Shown piece by piece: positions 50,335-61,781 of a stretch of 64,000 nt of DNA (position 1 is the stretch's first letter; the number at the start of each line of letters is the position of its first letter). Location: the NCBI GenBank assembly GCA_047285305.1, contig JBJBDL010000003.1, positions 1,152,001-1,216,000 on the forward strand, written 5' to 3'. The notes beneath the pieces are model-generated. The model searched no databases. It saw nothing but the letters and a program-made list of their open reading frames with translations, and was not told the DNA's origin. The translations under genes and the position numbers were made by a program. The DNA is from Synechococcus sp. (GTDB lineage Bacteria; Cyanobacteriota; Cyanobacteriia; PCC-6307; Cyanobiaceae).

Positions 50335-51773
50335 GCGACGCCAGCTTCGACTTCGACGTCATTGTTATTGGAGCCGGCTACGGCGGCTTCGACGCTGCCA
50401 AACATGCCGCCGAACACGGCCTGAAAACAGCGATCGTTGAATCCCGCGATATGGGTGGCACCTGTGTGAACAGGGGCTGTGTTCCCTCCAAGGCGCTGCT
50501 GGCTGCCAGTGGAAAAGTTCGGGAGCTGGCGGACGACAAGCACCTCGCGAGCTTCGGAATTCATGCTGCTCCTGTGCGGTTCGAGCGTCAGAAGATCGCT
50601 GATCACGCCAATCAGCTGGTTCAAACCATTCGCACCAACCTCACCAAAACCCTTGAACGGGCGGGGGTGACGATCCTCCGAGGCCACGGCCGTCTGGAGG
50701 GAAGCCAGAAGGTGGGGCTGCGGGAGCCCAGCGGGGTGGACAGGGTGCTGACCGCCAAAGACGTGATCATCGCCACGGGGTCTGATCCCTTTGTGCCGCC
50801 AGGCATTGAAACCGATGGCCGCACGGTGTTCACCAGTGACGAAGCCATCAACCTGGAATGGTTGCCCCGTTGGATCGCCATCATCGGCAGCGGTTACATC
50901 GGCCTTGAATTTGCTGATGTGTACACCGCCCTCGGTTGCGAGGTGACGATGATCGAGGCCATGGACAAGGTGATGCCCACCTTTGATCCCGACATCGCCA
51001 AGATCGCTGGGCGACATCTGATTGATGGTCGCGATATCGATGCGCGTTCTGGTCTGCTGGCTCGCAAGGTCAACCCGGGCTGTCCCGTGCAGATCGAACT
51101 GGCTGATTTCAACAGCCGTGAACTGGTTGAGACCCTTGAGGTGGATGCCGTTCTGGTGGCCACAGGGCGTGTTCCCAGCAGCAAGGGCCTCAACCTTGAG
51201 TCGCTCAATGTGGAGACGAACCGTGGCTTCGTCCCGATCGACGACGCCATGCGCGTTCTGGTCAACGGCCAACCTGTTCCCCATCTCTGGGCCGTCGGCG
51301 ATGTGACCGGCAAGCTGATGCTGGCCCACACGGCTGCTGCCCAAGGCACCGTTGCGGTGGACAACATCCTTGGCCATACGCGCGAGATCGATTACCGAAG
51401 CATTCCGGCAGCCACCTTCACCCATCCCGAGATCAGCTCTGTTGGCCTGACCGAGGCGGATGCCAAAGCTTTGGCGGAGGAGAATGGCTTCCAGCTTGGT
51501 TCCGTTCGCAGCTACTTCAAGGCCAATTCCAAAGCTCTGGCTGAGCTGGACAGCGATGGTCTGATGAAGCTGCTGTTCAACAAAACCAGTGGTGAAGTGC
51601 TTGGCGCCCACATCTATGGACTTCACGCCGCCGACCTGATCCAGGAGGTGGCTAATGCCGTTGCCCGGCGCCAGAGCGTGCGTCAGCTCGCCACCGAAGT
51701 GCACACCCACCCGACCCTCAGCGAGGTGGTGGAGGTCGCTTACAAGCAAGCTGCCTCCCAGCTGGCTGCCTGA
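50331..51773 (+). CDS. lpdA: Dihydrolipoyl dehydrogenase
   Basis: [29 protein letters not shown]. Confidence 0.97.
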   Translation: MSDASFDFDVIVIGAGYGGFDAAKHAAEHGLKTAIVESRDMGGTCVNRGCVPSKALLAASGKVRELADDKHLASFGIHAAPVRFERQKIADHANQLVQTIRTNLTKTLERAGVTILRGHGRLEGSQKVGLREPSGVDRVLTAKDVIIATGSDPFVPPGIETDGRTVFTSDEAINLEWLPRWIAIIGSGYIGLEFADVYTALGCEVTMIEAMDKVMPTFDPDIAKIAGRHLIDGRDIDARSGLLARKVNPGCPVQIELADFNSRELVETLEVDAVLVATGRVPSSKGLNLESLNVETNRGFVPIDDAMRVLVNGQPVPHLWAVGDVTGKLMLAHTAAAQGTVAVDNILGHTREIDYRSIPAATFTHPEISSVGLTEADAKALAEENGFQLGSVRSYFKANSKALAELDSDGLMKLLFNKTSGEVLGAHIYGLHAADLIQEVANAVARRQSVRQLATEVHTHPTLSEVVEVAYKQAASQLAA

Positions 51774-51813
51774 TCCCATCCCGCTTTTTTCGTTCCAGTC
51801 TTTTCCCTCTTCC

Positions 51814-52701
51814 ATGGAGATCCGCCGTCGCCCCCCCAACCCCAAGGTGCGGGTGGCCCATCTCGAATATGCGGTGCCCCACGACGACGAGGAACCGCGT
51901 CACATCCTCGAGAAGATTGTCTGGGAAAAAGATCGTGAGATCGATGCCGCCCGCGACAAGGTTCCCCTCGACAACCTGAAGAAGCAGATTGCCAAGCTTC
52001 CCCCCACCAAGGATTTCCTGGGGGAGCTTCAGGCGGCCGCCACGAAACCTGCGGTGATCGCTGAGGTGAAAAAAGCGAGCCCTAGCAAAGGGGTGATCCG
52101 TGAGGATTTCGATCCGGTGGCGATCGCCAAGGCCTATGCCGCTGGCGGTGCAAGTTGCCTCTCGGTGCTCACCGACAAAACCTTCTTCCAGGGTGGCTTT
52201 GATGTCCTGGTGCAGGTGCGTCAGGCCGTAGACCTACCTCTGCTCTGCAAGGAGTTTGTGCTGAGCCCCTATCAGTTGTTCCAGGCCAGGGCGGCCGGGG
52301 CTGACGCGGTGCTGCTGATTGCTGCCATCCTTTCGGATCAGGATCTTCGTTATCTCAACAAGGCTGCGGCGGCTCTGGGCCTCACCGTGTTGGTGGAGGT
52401 TCACGACGCCAACGAAATGGACCGTGTGCTGAATATTGGTGGCTTCCCTCTGATCGGAATCAACAACCGTGATCTCACTAGCTTCGAGACGGATCTGGTC
52501 ACGACCGAGCGGCTGCTGGTCGACTTCAACGACCGGTTGAACCAACAGGGGGTGCTGCTGGTGAGTGAATCGGGTCTGTTCAGCCGGGCCGATCTCGACC
52601 GCGTGCAAGCCGCCGGTGCGGGAGCTGTGCTGGTGGGGGAAGCCCTGATGCGTCAGCCGGATGTTGAAGCTGGTTTGGTGCAGTTGATCCAGCCCGGTTA
52701 A
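51814..52701 (+). CDS. trpC: Indole-3-glycerol phosphate synthase
   Basis: [29 protein letters not shown]. Confidence 0.96.
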   Translation: MEIRRRPPNPKVRVAHLEYAVPHDDEEPRHILEKIVWEKDREIDAARDKVPLDNLKKQIAKLPPTKDFLGELQAAATKPAVIAEVKKASPSKGVIREDFDPVAIAKAYAAGGASCLSVLTDKTFFQGGFDVLVQVRQAVDLPLLCKEFVLSPYQLFQARAAGADAVLLIAAILSDQDLRYLNKAAAALGLTVLVEVHDANEMDRVLNIGGFPLIGINNRDLTSFETDLVTTERLLVDFNDRLNQQGVLLVSESGLFSRADLDRVQAAGAGAVLVGEALMRQPDVEAGLVQLIQPG

Positions 52702-52754
52702 GGCCTTTCCTCTTTCACTGCTGATGCAGAATTGCGACATTCAGGCGGTTCTTT

Positions 52755-53423
52755 GTGCTGATTAGCCTTTTGACCGGTGTTGCAGCCGGGGCCGTTCATG
52801 TGGTCGGTGGTGCTGATCACCTGGTGGCAATGGCGCCCTTCTCCCTGAGCAAGCCATGGGCCGCCTTTCGACATGCCCTGGCTTGGGGTGTTGGTCATTC
52901 CACCGGAGTTGTGGTTCTGGCGTTAATCGCCATTGGTCTGAAAGACCTGGCCCACGTGGAGGCCATGTCGTCTTGGGCGGAATTTTTGGTCGGTGTGGCC
53001 CTGCTTGTGGTGGGTGCCCTGGCCGTGCGCACGGCGTTCGGGCTGGAATTGCACACCCATGAGCACCGCCACGATGGTGCCGCCGAGCATCGTCATCTTC
53101 ATCTGCATGTGCGCGGCGCCAGCAACCACCGTCGCCACGTCCATGCCTCCTCGGGCCTGGGCTTGTTGCATGGACTGGCGGGGGCCAGTCACCTGCTGGC
53201 TGTGATCCCTGCTTTGGCCCTGCCTCCCCATGCCGCTGTGGGCTACCTCGTGGCTTACTTGCTTGGATCCATCGGCGCAATGGTGGCCGTTGTGTCGGTG
53301 GTCTCGTTTCTCACCCTCCGCAGCGGTGCCCGGCTGATGCCCTTCCTCGTGGGCGGTGCGGGTGCTCTCTCAATCATCACCGGGGCCATCTGGCTGCAGA
53401 AGACCTCACCGGCTCTGTTCTGA
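52755..53423 (+). CDS. His-rich putative nickel transporter beside sodN
   Basis: GAVH...DHL, WGVGHS, HTHEHRH, GLLHGLAG; multiple TM segments. Confidence 0.82.
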   Translation: MLISLLTGVAAGAVHVVGGADHLVAMAPFSLSKPWAAFRHALAWGVGHSTGVVVLALIAIGLKDLAHVEAMSSWAEFLVGVALLVVGALAVRTAFGLELHTHEHRHDGAAEHRHLHLHVRGASNHRRHVHASSGLGLLHGLAGASHLLAVIPALALPPHAAVGYLVAYLLGSIGAMVAVVSVVSFLTLRSGARLMPFLVGGAGALSIITGAIWLQKTSPALF

Positions 53424-53738
53424 TTCCCCGAGCGGGAGCCGGCCCACCACCTCACCAATCAACAGGTTGGCTGGCACCGCTCCGAGTTGGCGGCTGTCGG
53501 TGCTTTCAGCGGGGTTGTCTCCCAGTAACCAAAGTCCTGTGCTGTCCACTCGGCTGAGGCGCTTGATCAGGCGCAGCTCGCTTCGCTGGGGATGCCAGGT
53601 CACGACCACGGATCCCAGGCTGGGTGCGGCCTTCTGTCCCAGCCGTCTGACCAGAACCCGGTCTCCCGGTTCAAGGGTGGGTTGCATCGATCGTCCTTCG
53701 ATGCGCAGCAGCAGACGTCGCCAACAAAAAAGCAGCAA
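53406..53738 (-). CDS. sodX: Ni-SOD maturation protease
   Basis: GRSMQPTL, IKRL, GDN...STDSR. Confidence 0.92.
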   Translation of the reverse strand: MLLFCWRRLLLRIEGRSMQPTLEPGDRVLVRRLGQKAAPSLGSVVVTWHPQRSELRLIKRLSRVDSTGLWLLGDNPAESTDSRQLGAVPANLLIGEVVGRLPLGESEQSR

Positions 53739-53788
53739 CAGGTCGCGAAGACCTGCTGCTGCGATGGGGGGATTGGTTCTGTTTGAAC

Positions 53789-54262
53789 TCAGGATGCCGT
53801 GACCCAGGCGTCGGAACGGCCCTTGGACTGCCAGAACATGCCGTGGATTTTTTCAACGGCGGCCATCAGTTCCTCAGCCTTGGCCTGATCGATGTTCACC
53901 TTGCAGGAGCTGCAGAGCTTGGCTGCTTTCCAGAAGGTGTCGTGCAGGTCGGGGAAGGTGGCCAGGTGATCGGGCTTGAAGTAGTCAGTCCAGAGGATCA
54001 ACAGCTCTTTCTTGGTCTTCTGTGCTTCCTCTTCCTTGATGGCCACGTAGCGGCCGAAGGTGTTGTTGTAAGCAGCCAGGGCAGCGGCGTCACCAGCTGC
54101 GGGAGCTTCCATCGCCTTCAGCTTTTTGGTCATCGAAAGCACGGCTTCGGCTGCCACGCGAGCGGAAGCCGGGTCGTACACGCCACAAGGACCGTCGCAG
54201 TGGGCTTCTGCCACGGGGGCAGGGAGGGCACATGCAAGGGCGGAAAGGGCCGAGCGCAGCAT
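53789..54262 (-). CDS. sodN: Nickel superoxide dismutase
   Basis: Ni-hook HCDGPCGVYDP. Confidence 0.97.
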   Translation of the reverse strand: MLRSALSALACALPAPVAEAHCDGPCGVYDPASARVAAEAVLSMTKKLKAMEAPAAGDAAALAAYNNTFGRYVAIKEEEAQKTKKELLILWTDYFKPDHLATFPDLHDTFWKAAKLCSSCKVNIDQAKAEELMAAVEKIHGMFWQSKGRSDAWVTAS

Positions 54263-54304
54263 CGGTTCAGAGCGGAATTGGCTTGAGATGAGCCTAGCTT
54301 CTGC

Positions 54305-54904
54305 TTACTTCTTCACGTCGAGCAGTTCCACCTCGAAGATCAAGGTTGCGTTGGGGGGAATCACACCACCGGCGCCACGGCTTCCGTAGGCGAGGTCGGA
54401 AGGGATCACCAGCTTGCGCTTGCCGCCCACTTTCATCCCGGCGACGCCTTCATCCCAACCCTTGATCACCCGGCCAGCCCCGAGGGGGAAGCTGAAGGGG
54501 GTTCCCCGGTCGTAGCTGGCATCGAACTGCTGCCCATCTTCCAGGGTGCCGCGGTAGTGCACCACCACCGTTTGGCCGGGGTTGGCCTCGTCGCCGCTGC
54601 CCACCTCCAGCTCGATGATTTTCAGACCACTGGCGGTGATGGTGGTGTCTGGTGCATCGAGGGGGCCGCCGAGGGCTGAGGCGTCGGCAGGAGCGGAATC
54701 ATTGGCCATGGCGAAAAGAGTCGGGTTGGGGTCGTCAGGGTCGAGTTCGAAGCTCAACGCCTTCTGGGGTTTCGAAGCCTCGCTGCGAACGGCAGCAGGC
54801 TGCGCCGGTGCTGCGGAAACGGTGGAGGGGGCCACGATCTGGCTGACCAAGGCCAGGAGCAGGCAGGCCACACAGACCGTTGTGCTGATGATGATGTCGC
54901 GCAC
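54305..54904 (-). CDS. FKBP-type peptidyl-prolyl isomerase
   Basis: [36 protein letters not shown]. Confidence 0.95.
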   Translation of the reverse strand: MRDIIISTTVCVACLLLALVSQIVAPSTVSAAPAQPAAVRSEASKPQKALSFELDPDDPNPTLFAMANDSAPADASALGGPLDAPDTTITASGLKIIELEVGSGDEANPGQTVVVHYRGTLEDGQQFDASYDRGTPFSFPLGAGRVIKGWDEGVAGMKVGGKRKLVIPSDLAYGSRGAGGVIPPNATLIFEVELLDVKK

Positions 54905-54955
54905 GGAAAGGCTTCTGTTGCGCTGATTCTGACCCCCGGTCCGCGGCGTCGGCGT

Positions 54956-55285
54956 TCATTCAGGCCGGTTCATCTGCCGCAGCTGTTGCTCGAGGCGATC
55001 AATGCGGCCGCGCAGCTCATCCACTTCCTTCTGGCTTGGAACGCCGAAGTCCTGAAGAAGGTTGTCGCGGTTGCGTTCCAGGTTGCGCCCCATCTGCTGT
55101 TCCAGTTCGGGGGTTTCCCCGCGCAGGGCCTTGAGCACGTCGTCCACCAATGCGGACGCTTCGTTCGGATCCAGCCGGCCACTGCTCACCCAGTTCTGGG
55201 TGACGCCGCGCAGACGCTCAGCAACGAGGGTGGTGGTGCCCAGGCCGCGGAGCAGCAGTTGCTGAAGAGGATTCGCGGCATCCAT
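54956..55285 (-). CDS. Phasin-like hypothetical protein
   Basis: LLLRGLG...EVDELRGRIDRLE. Confidence 0.7.
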   Translation of the reverse strand: MDAANPLQQLLLRGLGTTTLVAERLRGVTQNWVSSGRLDPNEASALVDDVLKALRGETPELEQQMGRNLERNRDNLLQDFGVPSQKEVDELRGRIDRLEQQLRQMNRPE

Positions 55286-55338
55286 GGCGACAGGTGGGCG
55301 GGTCCGATCCAGGATGCCTTTGGCCGGGACTGCTGACC

Positions 55339-56754
55339 ATGGGCAATCAACAACTGCAGGCCGGATCGCGGGCCCTGTTGGGCGGCGTCCTGGCTGGCAT
55401 GGCTCCATCCCTCGGCGGCCCCCTGCTGATGGTCCCCGCCCTGGCGCTGCTCTGGTCCGTGGTTGAGCGTCCCCGCTGGTCAGCGGTCTGGGGACTGCTG
55501 GCCGTTTTGATCAGCCACCGTTGGTTGCTGGCCCTGCATCCACTCACCTGGATGGGCGTTCCCGCCTGGCTCAGCCTGCCTGTGGCAGTGGCCCTCTGGT
55601 TGGCCTGCGGGAGCCTTGCTGCTCTGCTCCTGGTCGGATGGTCTTTGCTGGCGCGGCGGCTGCCTCGCCGTTGGCCGCGTCCAGTGCGGCTGATGCTGTT
55701 GGCCGGGCTCTGGGCCCTGGCTGAACTGGTGCTGTCGGGGTCGCCGTTGTTCTGGATCGGCGTTGGCGGTACAACCCTTCCCTGGGACCGCCCCCTGGCG
55801 GGATTGGCCCGCTGGTTCGGTTCCGGAGGGCTGACGTGGCTGCAGTTGTGTTGGGGCTGCTGCCTGCTGGTGTTGTTCGAGCAACCCTCAGCCTGGCATC
55901 GCTGGGGTCTGCTCGGATTGGCCAGTGTGCTGCTGGCCCATGGTTTGGGCAGCTGGTTGTTGTTGGCGCCGCCGCCGCCGGTCGGCTCCGTTGCTCTGGG
56001 GGTCTGGCAACCCGCCGTTCCCACCCGAGAAAAGTTCGATCTGGAGCGTCAACGGGCGCTTCCACAAGCTCTGGTGGAAGCGATGCGTCAGCTGGAGCCC
56101 AACAATCCGGCTGCTGTGGTGGCTCCGGAAGGAGCGCTGCCGGCGCGTTTTCAGCTGCCAGTCGAGGCTCCAGCCATTCCTCTGATCAGTGGCGGATTTC
56201 GTTGGGTTCGGGGTCAGCAACGCAGTTCTCTGTTGCTGTATGAGCCCCCCGACTGGTTTCCCGTTCCTCTGGCTGACAAGCACCGTCTGGTGCCGATCGG
56301 GGAATGGATCCCGCCCCTGCCCGCCGGGCTGACGGCAGGACTGTCTGCAGTGGGTGGATTGACCCCCGGTCCGGCCCCGAGAACGATGGCGGTGGTCGAA
56401 CCCCCTGCGGCCGTTGCGATCTGCTACGAGGTCGCCGATGGTGTGGCTCTGGCGCGCGCCGCTGCCGATGGCGCCACCTGGCTCCTGGCCATTGCCAATC
56501 TCGACCCCTATCCGCTGCAGCTGCAGAAGCAGTTCCTGGCCCTGGCGCAGTTACGGGCGATCGAGACAGGACGGGATCTACTCAGCGTTGGCAACACGGG
56601 CCCCACGGCGCTGATTTCGGCCAACGGGTCGGTGCAGTGGTTGCTTGCGCCTGAGGCTCCAGGCGTCGCTGAGGCTCTCGTTCATGTGCGCCAGCGCGTC
56701 ACGCCCTATTCCCGTTGGATCAGCCCCCCACCCAGAACGGTGTCACCGTCGTAG
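55339..56754 (+). CDS. lnt: Apolipoprotein N-acyltransferase
   Basis: Multi-TM N-terminus, [20 protein letters not shown]...NTG. Confidence 0.9.
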   Translation: MGNQQLQAGSRALLGGVLAGMAPSLGGPLLMVPALALLWSVVERPRWSAVWGLLAVLISHRWLLALHPLTWMGVPAWLSLPVAVALWLACGSLAALLLVGWSLLARRLPRRWPRPVRLMLLAGLWALAELVLSGSPLFWIGVGGTTLPWDRPLAGLARWFGSGGLTWLQLCWGCCLLVLFEQPSAWHRWGLLGLASVLLAHGLGSWLLLAPPPPVGSVALGVWQPAVPTREKFDLERQRALPQALVEAMRQLEPNNPAAVVAPEGALPARFQLPVEAPAIPLISGGFRWVRGQQRSSLLLYEPPDWFPVPLADKHRLVPIGEWIPPLPAGLTAGLSAVGGLTPGPAPRTMAVVEPPAAVAICYEVADGVALARAAADGATWLLAIANLDPYPLQLQKQFLALAQLRAIETGRDLLSVGNTGPTALISANGSVQWLLAPEAPGVAEALVHVRQRVTPYSRWISPPPRTVSPS

Positions 56755-57857
56755 AAGACCGCCGCCTGGCCTGGCGTGATCGAGAACTGCTCCTCCTCGA
56801 AGCTGAGGTGGCAGCGGTGGGGCCGCTGCCGCTGCTGATCGGCCTCGGTGGCCTGGAGGGGTGAAAGCTCCGCACGCACGGGTGCACTGCGGTAGCGCAC
56901 TTGCACCTCAACGGTTCGTGGCGCCTCGATCGGGTCAATCGACACCCAGTTCACCGCACCCACCACGCAGCTGTCTCGGCCGGCTTCGGCCCGGGGTGCG
57001 ACGACCACTCGATTCATCGCAGCATCAAGGCGGATGACGTGCAGCGGTTCGCGCCAGGCCACACCGAGCCCTTTGCGTTGGCCGATGGTGAAGTGTTCGA
57101 TGCCGTCGTGCTCGCCCACAACAGTTCCGTCCGAAAGCACGATTTCCCCCTGCCGCGGGGGCAGATAGGCATCCAGGAACGCCCGCATCGATCCGTGGTG
57201 GTCGGCCAGGCAAAGATCCTGGCTTTCCGGTTTTTCTGCGGTGCGCAGACCGTGTCGGGCGGCTTCGATCCTTGTGTCGGGTTTGGTCAGTTCCCCCAAG
57301 GGAAAAACGATGCGCCCCAGAACCTCCTGGGGCAGGTCGTAGAGGAAATAGCTCTGGTCTTTGCGGGTATCGAGGCCCCGCAACAGCTGATGGCGCCCTT
57401 GATCGCCGCCATGGCGGATCCGGGCGTAGTGGCCGGTGGCGATGCGGGGCAGCTTGCGCTCCTGCAGGGCCCAATCAAGCATCGGTCCGAATTTCACCGA
57501 TCGATTGCACTGGGAGCAGGGCAATGGCGTGATCCCATCGCGATAACCATCCACCAGCCGTTGCACGATCTCCTGCTGGAACGTCTCCCGTGTGTCCACC
57601 ACGTGATGGGGAATGCCGAGCTGCTCACAGATGCCGGCTGCATCCACAAGCCCCTCGGCGCAACAGGCCCCTTTCCCGCTCATCAGCCAGAGGGTCAGGC
57701 CTTCCACCTGCCAGCCCGCTTCCACCAGCAGTGCCGCCGTCAGGGAACTGTCGACGCCTCCAGAGAGACCAACGGCCACGCGGTGCTCCCCGGGCCATTG
57801 CCGCAGGCGCTCAAGAGCAGCCTCTCCAGCGCGGGTTGTGGTGGATCCAACGGCCAT
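56706..57857 (-). CDS. mnmA: tRNA 2-thiouridylase
   Basis: SGGVDS, ATGHYA, KDQSYFL, ESQDLC, PGQ. Confidence 0.96.
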   Translation of the reverse strand: MAVGSTTTRAGEAALERLRQWPGEHRVAVGLSGGVDSSLTAALLVEAGWQVEGLTLWLMSGKGACCAEGLVDAAGICEQLGIPHHVVDTRETFQQEIVQRLVDGYRDGITPLPCSQCNRSVKFGPMLDWALQERKLPRIATGHYARIRHGGDQGRHQLLRGLDTRKDQSYFLYDLPQEVLGRIVFPLGELTKPDTRIEAARHGLRTAEKPESQDLCLADHHGSMRAFLDAYLPPRQGEIVLSDGTVVGEHDGIEHFTIGQRKGLGVAWREPLHVIRLDAAMNRVVVAPRAEAGRDSCVVGAVNWVSIDPIEAPRTVEVQVRYRSAPVRAELSPLQATEADQQRQRPHRCHLSFEEEQFSITPGQAAVFYDGDTVLGGGLIQRE

Positions 57858-57883
57858 GGGCGGCGCAGGGAGTTCTCTCCATA

Positions 57884-59431
57884 GTGAGGTCCCGGCAACC
57901 GCAACTGGTGTGGCCTCCCGCTGATTCTGATCATCTGCTTCTGGATGCCGCGTCCATGGCCGCCTGCGAACAGAGGTTGTTCGACAGTGGCATGCCTGTT
58001 GCGGCCTTGATGGAGAAGGTGGGGCTGGCCATGGCGGCTTGGCTGCTGGCGCGCCGGGATCTGCTGCGCCATGGCGTGGTTGTCCTGGTGGGGCCCGGTC
58101 ACAACGGTGGCGATGGTTTGGTGGTGGCTCGGGAGTTGCACCTTGCTGGCGTTGAGGTGTCGTTGTGGTGTCCCCTGCCGATTCGCAAGCCCCTCACCGC
58201 TGAACATCTGCGCCATGGCGAGTGGCTTGGTCTGCAGCGCCTGGCTGACGAGCCCGAACCCGGCGGAGCCGCACTTTGGCTTGATGCGGTGTTCGGTCTC
58301 GGCCAGAGTCGGCCGCTGCCTGAGTTCTTGGCGGATTTGTTCCGGCGTCGGCAGCAGCTGCAGCCTGGGTCGTTGATCAGCCTGGATTTGCCGTCAGGCC
58401 TTTGTTCCGACCAAGGAACCGTGCTGGGCGAGCAGGCAGCCTGTGCCTCGGTCACCCTCAGCGTTGGCTGGATCAAGCGCGGCTTGTGTCTGGACCCGGC
58501 CCGTCCCTGGGTGGGTGCGCTGGTGCGGATCGATCTGGGCTTGCCGCCTTCGGTGATGAGCAACGCCGCTGCGGTCTTGCCGCGCCGCCTGCCGGTGACA
58601 GAGGCCTGTTCGGCCCCGTTACCGCCGCTGCCGCCCACAGCGATGAAGTACGAACGGGGCCGCTGCCTGGTGGTGGCGGGCAGTGATCGCTACCCCGGCG
58701 CAGCACATCTTGCGCTGCGGGGGGCCATGGCCAGTGGCTGCGGCTGTGTTCAGGCCGTTGTGCCGCACCGTCTGCAATCCAGCTTGTGGCAGGTGTTGCC
58801 GGAGGTGATGCAACTGGAGGACGGGGTGATTCCAGAGCGGCTGGATGCGGTTTTGGTCGGTCCCGGTCTGGGGGAGTCCAGCCATTGGTGGAACCAGTGG
58901 TCGGAGCAGATGCTCAGCGTCGCTGGTTTGCTGGTACTCGATGCTGATGGCATCAACGGTCTGGCGGCCAGTCCGCAGGGGTGGCGTTGGTTGTTGAAGC
59001 GGCGGGGGCCGACCTGGCTCACGCCCCATGCGGCCGAGTTTGCGAGGTTGTTTCCGGACTGTGGAGCGGGTGACGCGCTGGAAAGGGCGATTTCTGCAGC
59101 CCGCTGCAGTGGTTGCTGCATTTTGCTTAAGGGGGCGCATTCGGTGCTGGCGGATCCATCGGGTGCAGCCGTGGTGTTGACCGGCACGACCCCTCGGGTG
59201 GCCCGCACCGGTCTGGGTGACTTACTGGCCGGTTTTGTCACCGGTTGGGGTGCCCAGGCAGTTGCGGCACAGCAGCAGCCTGGGCTGGAAAGCTTCACTG
59301 CCGCTGCGGCTTTGCATGGTTTGGCGGCCGCCCGTGCTCGCTCCAGTGATGCTTCTGCGATTGCAGATTGTTTGAAAATCAATACAGCGCGGTGTCAGAA
59401 AAAGCAAACAACGATGTTCAACGAAGTCTGA
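57884..59431 (+). CDS. nnr: Bifunctional NAD(P)H-hydrate epimerase/dehydratase (start approximate)
   Basis: [40 protein letters not shown]. Confidence 0.92.
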   Translation: MRSRQPQLVWPPADSDHLLLDAASMAACEQRLFDSGMPVAALMEKVGLAMAAWLLARRDLLRHGVVVLVGPGHNGGDGLVVARELHLAGVEVSLWCPLPIRKPLTAEHLRHGEWLGLQRLADEPEPGGAALWLDAVFGLGQSRPLPEFLADLFRRRQQLQPGSLISLDLPSGLCSDQGTVLGEQAACASVTLSVGWIKRGLCLDPARPWVGALVRIDLGLPPSVMSNAAAVLPRRLPVTEACSAPLPPLPPTAMKYERGRCLVVAGSDRYPGAAHLALRGAMASGCGCVQAVVPHRLQSSLWQVLPEVMQLEDGVIPERLDAVLVGPGLGESSHWWNQWSEQMLSVAGLLVLDADGINGLAASPQGWRWLLKRRGPTWLTPHAAEFARLFPDCGAGDALERAISAARCSGCCILLKGAHSVLADPSGAAVVLTGTTPRVARTGLGDLLAGFVTGWGAQAVAAQQQPGLESFTAAAALHGLAAARARSSDASAIADCLKINTARCQKKQTTMFNEV

Positions 59432-59610
59432 ATAAATGATTCGTTTTGATTGCCTCGGCTTGCAGTTTCCAAAAGAGCTTTTCTTGCTTTTTAAATCTTT
59501 CGCAAATCTGAAATGTTGCGGTTTCCTGTTCTGAATCTGAAGGGTTGCTGAAAACACTTCGACATTCTTTCCGTTCGTAGGAAAGTCAACTCACTTCCGC
59601 AGCACCCAAG

Positions 59611-60549
59611 GTGTCCACAGCTTCCAAGCCGCTGGAGACGCAACGCCGGCGCAGCAGCGACCCAGTCAGTTGGTATCTCGCCACCATCGGCAGGATTCCA
59701 TTGCTGACCCCAGCTGAAGAAATTGAGCTGGGCAATCAGGTTCAGGCCATGATGGCCCTCACCGAGGACGGTTCACGTGAGTTCGAGAATGGAGAACTCA
59801 CCACGGCACAGCGCCGTCTTCTGAGGATCGGTCGCCGCGCCAAAGAGCGGATGATGAAGGCAAACCTTCGTCTTGTCGTCAGCGTTGCCAAGAAATATCA
59901 AGGCAAAGGTCTGGAATTGCTCGACCTGATCCAGGAGGGCTCCCTCGGGCTGGAGCGTGCTGTCGAGAAGTTCGATCCCACCCGGGGGTACAAGTTCTCC
60001 ACCTATGCCTTTTGGTGGATCCGCCAGAGCATGACCCGCGCCATTGCCTGCCAGTCGCGCACGATCCGGCTTCCCGTTCATCTCAGTGAGCGGCTCACAA
60101 CGATCCGCAAGGTCAGTCTCGATCTGGCCCACAAGCTCGGCGCCATGCCCAGCCGTGTGGAGATTGCTGAAGCCATGGACATCCCTTTGGATGAGTTGGA
60201 TTCGCTGCTGCGCCAAGCGCTCACCACCAGCAGCCTGGATGCTCCCGTCAATGGTGAGGAGGGGCGAAGCTTCCTTGGGGATCTGATCGCTGATTCATCT
60301 CTGGATGAACCACTCGAGATCGTGGAACAGCGGATTCATCATGAGCAGCTGGGCCGCTGGTTGAGTCACCTCAGCGAACAGGAGCAGCACGTGCTGCGCA
60401 TGCGCTTCGGGCTTGAGGGCAACGAGCGCCACACGCTGGCTGAAATCGGACGCCTAATGGAGGTGTCCCGCGAGCGGGTGCGTCAGGTTGAACTCAAGGC
60501 GCTGCGCAAGCTGCGCAACCTCACCCGCCGTCTTCCGAGTGGAATCTGA
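59611..60549 (+). CDS. Group-2 RpoD-family sigma factor
   Basis: ANLRLVVSVAKKY, DLIQEG, KFSTYAFWWIRQ, SRERVRQ; lacks region 1.1. Confidence 0.95.
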   Translation: MSTASKPLETQRRRSSDPVSWYLATIGRIPLLTPAEEIELGNQVQAMMALTEDGSREFENGELTTAQRRLLRIGRRAKERMMKANLRLVVSVAKKYQGKGLELLDLIQEGSLGLERAVEKFDPTRGYKFSTYAFWWIRQSMTRAIACQSRTIRLPVHLSERLTTIRKVSLDLAHKLGAMPSRVEIAEAMDIPLDELDSLLRQALTTSSLDAPVNGEEGRSFLGDLIADSSLDEPLEIVEQRIHHEQLGRWLSHLSEQEQHVLRMRFGLEGNERHTLAEIGRLMEVSRERVRQVELKALRKLRNLTRRLPSGI

Positions 60550-60594
60550 GCCGCCTCGGGAGACATTGGTTTCAATGGATCCCGTTCGGTTGAA

Positions 60595-61680
60595 TCAGTC
60601 TTCTGCCCAGATGTAGCGCGTGAGTTCTGCGGGGTCTGGCTCGGGTGCAGAGAGGGCGAAGTCAACGCAGTCCTGAACAATGCCGTCGATGTCCTTTTCG
60701 ATGGCGCGCAGCTCTTCGCTGTTCACCAGACCCGCTTCGGTCAGGTCCCGCTCGAGGGCTTTGAGGGGATCACGTTTGGCCCAGAACTGCTTCTCTTCCT
60801 CCGCCCGGAGTTCGTCTGGGTCAGCCAGGGAATGCCCCCGGAAGCGATAGGTGAGGCACTCCAGCAAGGTCGGACCTTCACCCGCCCTGGCTCGTTCCAC
60901 TGCGCGTTGGGCCGCTGCCCGAACCGCCAGAACGTCCATGCCGTCAACTTCTTCTCCGGCCATGCCGAAGGAACTGGCCTTGCGCCAGATCTCCGGGTCA
61001 CTTGTGGCCCGGTCGTGGGCCATGCCAATGGCCCACTTGTTGTTCTCGACCACGAAAATGATCGGCAGCTTCCACAGCTGCGCCATATTCATGCACTCGA
61101 AGAACTGACCGTTGTTGCAGGTTCCATCGCCAAAGAACGCTGCTGTTACGGAGTTGCTGGAGGCATCACCGAGGGCGTCGCGCTTGTAGCGGCTGGTGAA
61201 GGCAGATCCGAGTGCCACGGGAATGCCCTCTGCGATGAAGGCAAAGCCGCCAAGAAGGTGATGCTCCTTGGAGAACAGGTGCATTGATCCGCCACGACCC
61301 TTGCTGCAACCGGTCTCCTTGCCGAAGAGTTCGCTCATCACTTCGCGAGCCGGCACGCCGGCACTCAAGGCATGCACGTGGTCGCGGTAGGTGCTGCAGA
61401 ACCAGTCGTGCTGCCGCTTCATCGCACCGATCACACCGGTGCTCACCGCTTCCTGACCGTTGTAGAGGTGCACGAAGCCAAACATCTTGCCCCGGTAGTA
61501 CATCTCGGCGCATTTGTCCTCGAAGCGCCGGCCCAGGGTCATGTCCCGGTACAGCTCCAGGCCGGTCTCCCGGTCCACGGTGGCCCGTTGTGCCGTCACC
61601 AATTTGGAGAGCCGTTCGGCATGGGGACCAGCAGTCGCAGTGCCAATCGGAGCGGAATCGACAGCGAGGTCCTGACCCAT
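60595..61680 (-). CDS. pdhA: Pyruvate dehydrogenase E1 alpha subunit
   Basis: [35 protein letters not shown]. Confidence 0.97.
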   Translation of the reverse strand: MGQDLAVDSAPIGTATAGPHAERLSKLVTAQRATVDRETGLELYRDMTLGRRFEDKCAEMYYRGKMFGFVHLYNGQEAVSTGVIGAMKRQHDWFCSTYRDHVHALSAGVPAREVMSELFGKETGCSKGRGGSMHLFSKEHHLLGGFAFIAEGIPVALGSAFTSRYKRDALGDASSNSVTAAFFGDGTCNNGQFFECMNMAQLWKLPIIFVVENNKWAIGMAHDRATSDPEIWRKASSFGMAGEEVDGMDVLAVRAAAQRAVERARAGEGPTLLECLTYRFRGHSLADPDELRAEEEKQFWAKRDPLKALERDLTEAGLVNSEELRAIEKDIDGIVQDCVDFALSAPEPDPAELTRYIWAED

Positions 61681-61781
61681 GTCCACCTGAAGGATTGCGT
61701 CCAACTTTAAGGGCCTACCAATGAGCGATGGGCAAAACCCCTTACACTGACTAAGATCCGCGTCTCCTCGCAGCGGCGCTG

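Noticed and set aside
50121..51845. 574 aa antisense ORF and similar long shadow ORFs in the core region
   Set aside because: Opposite strand of lpdA and other high-GC genes; an expected codon-bias artefact with no recognisable motifs
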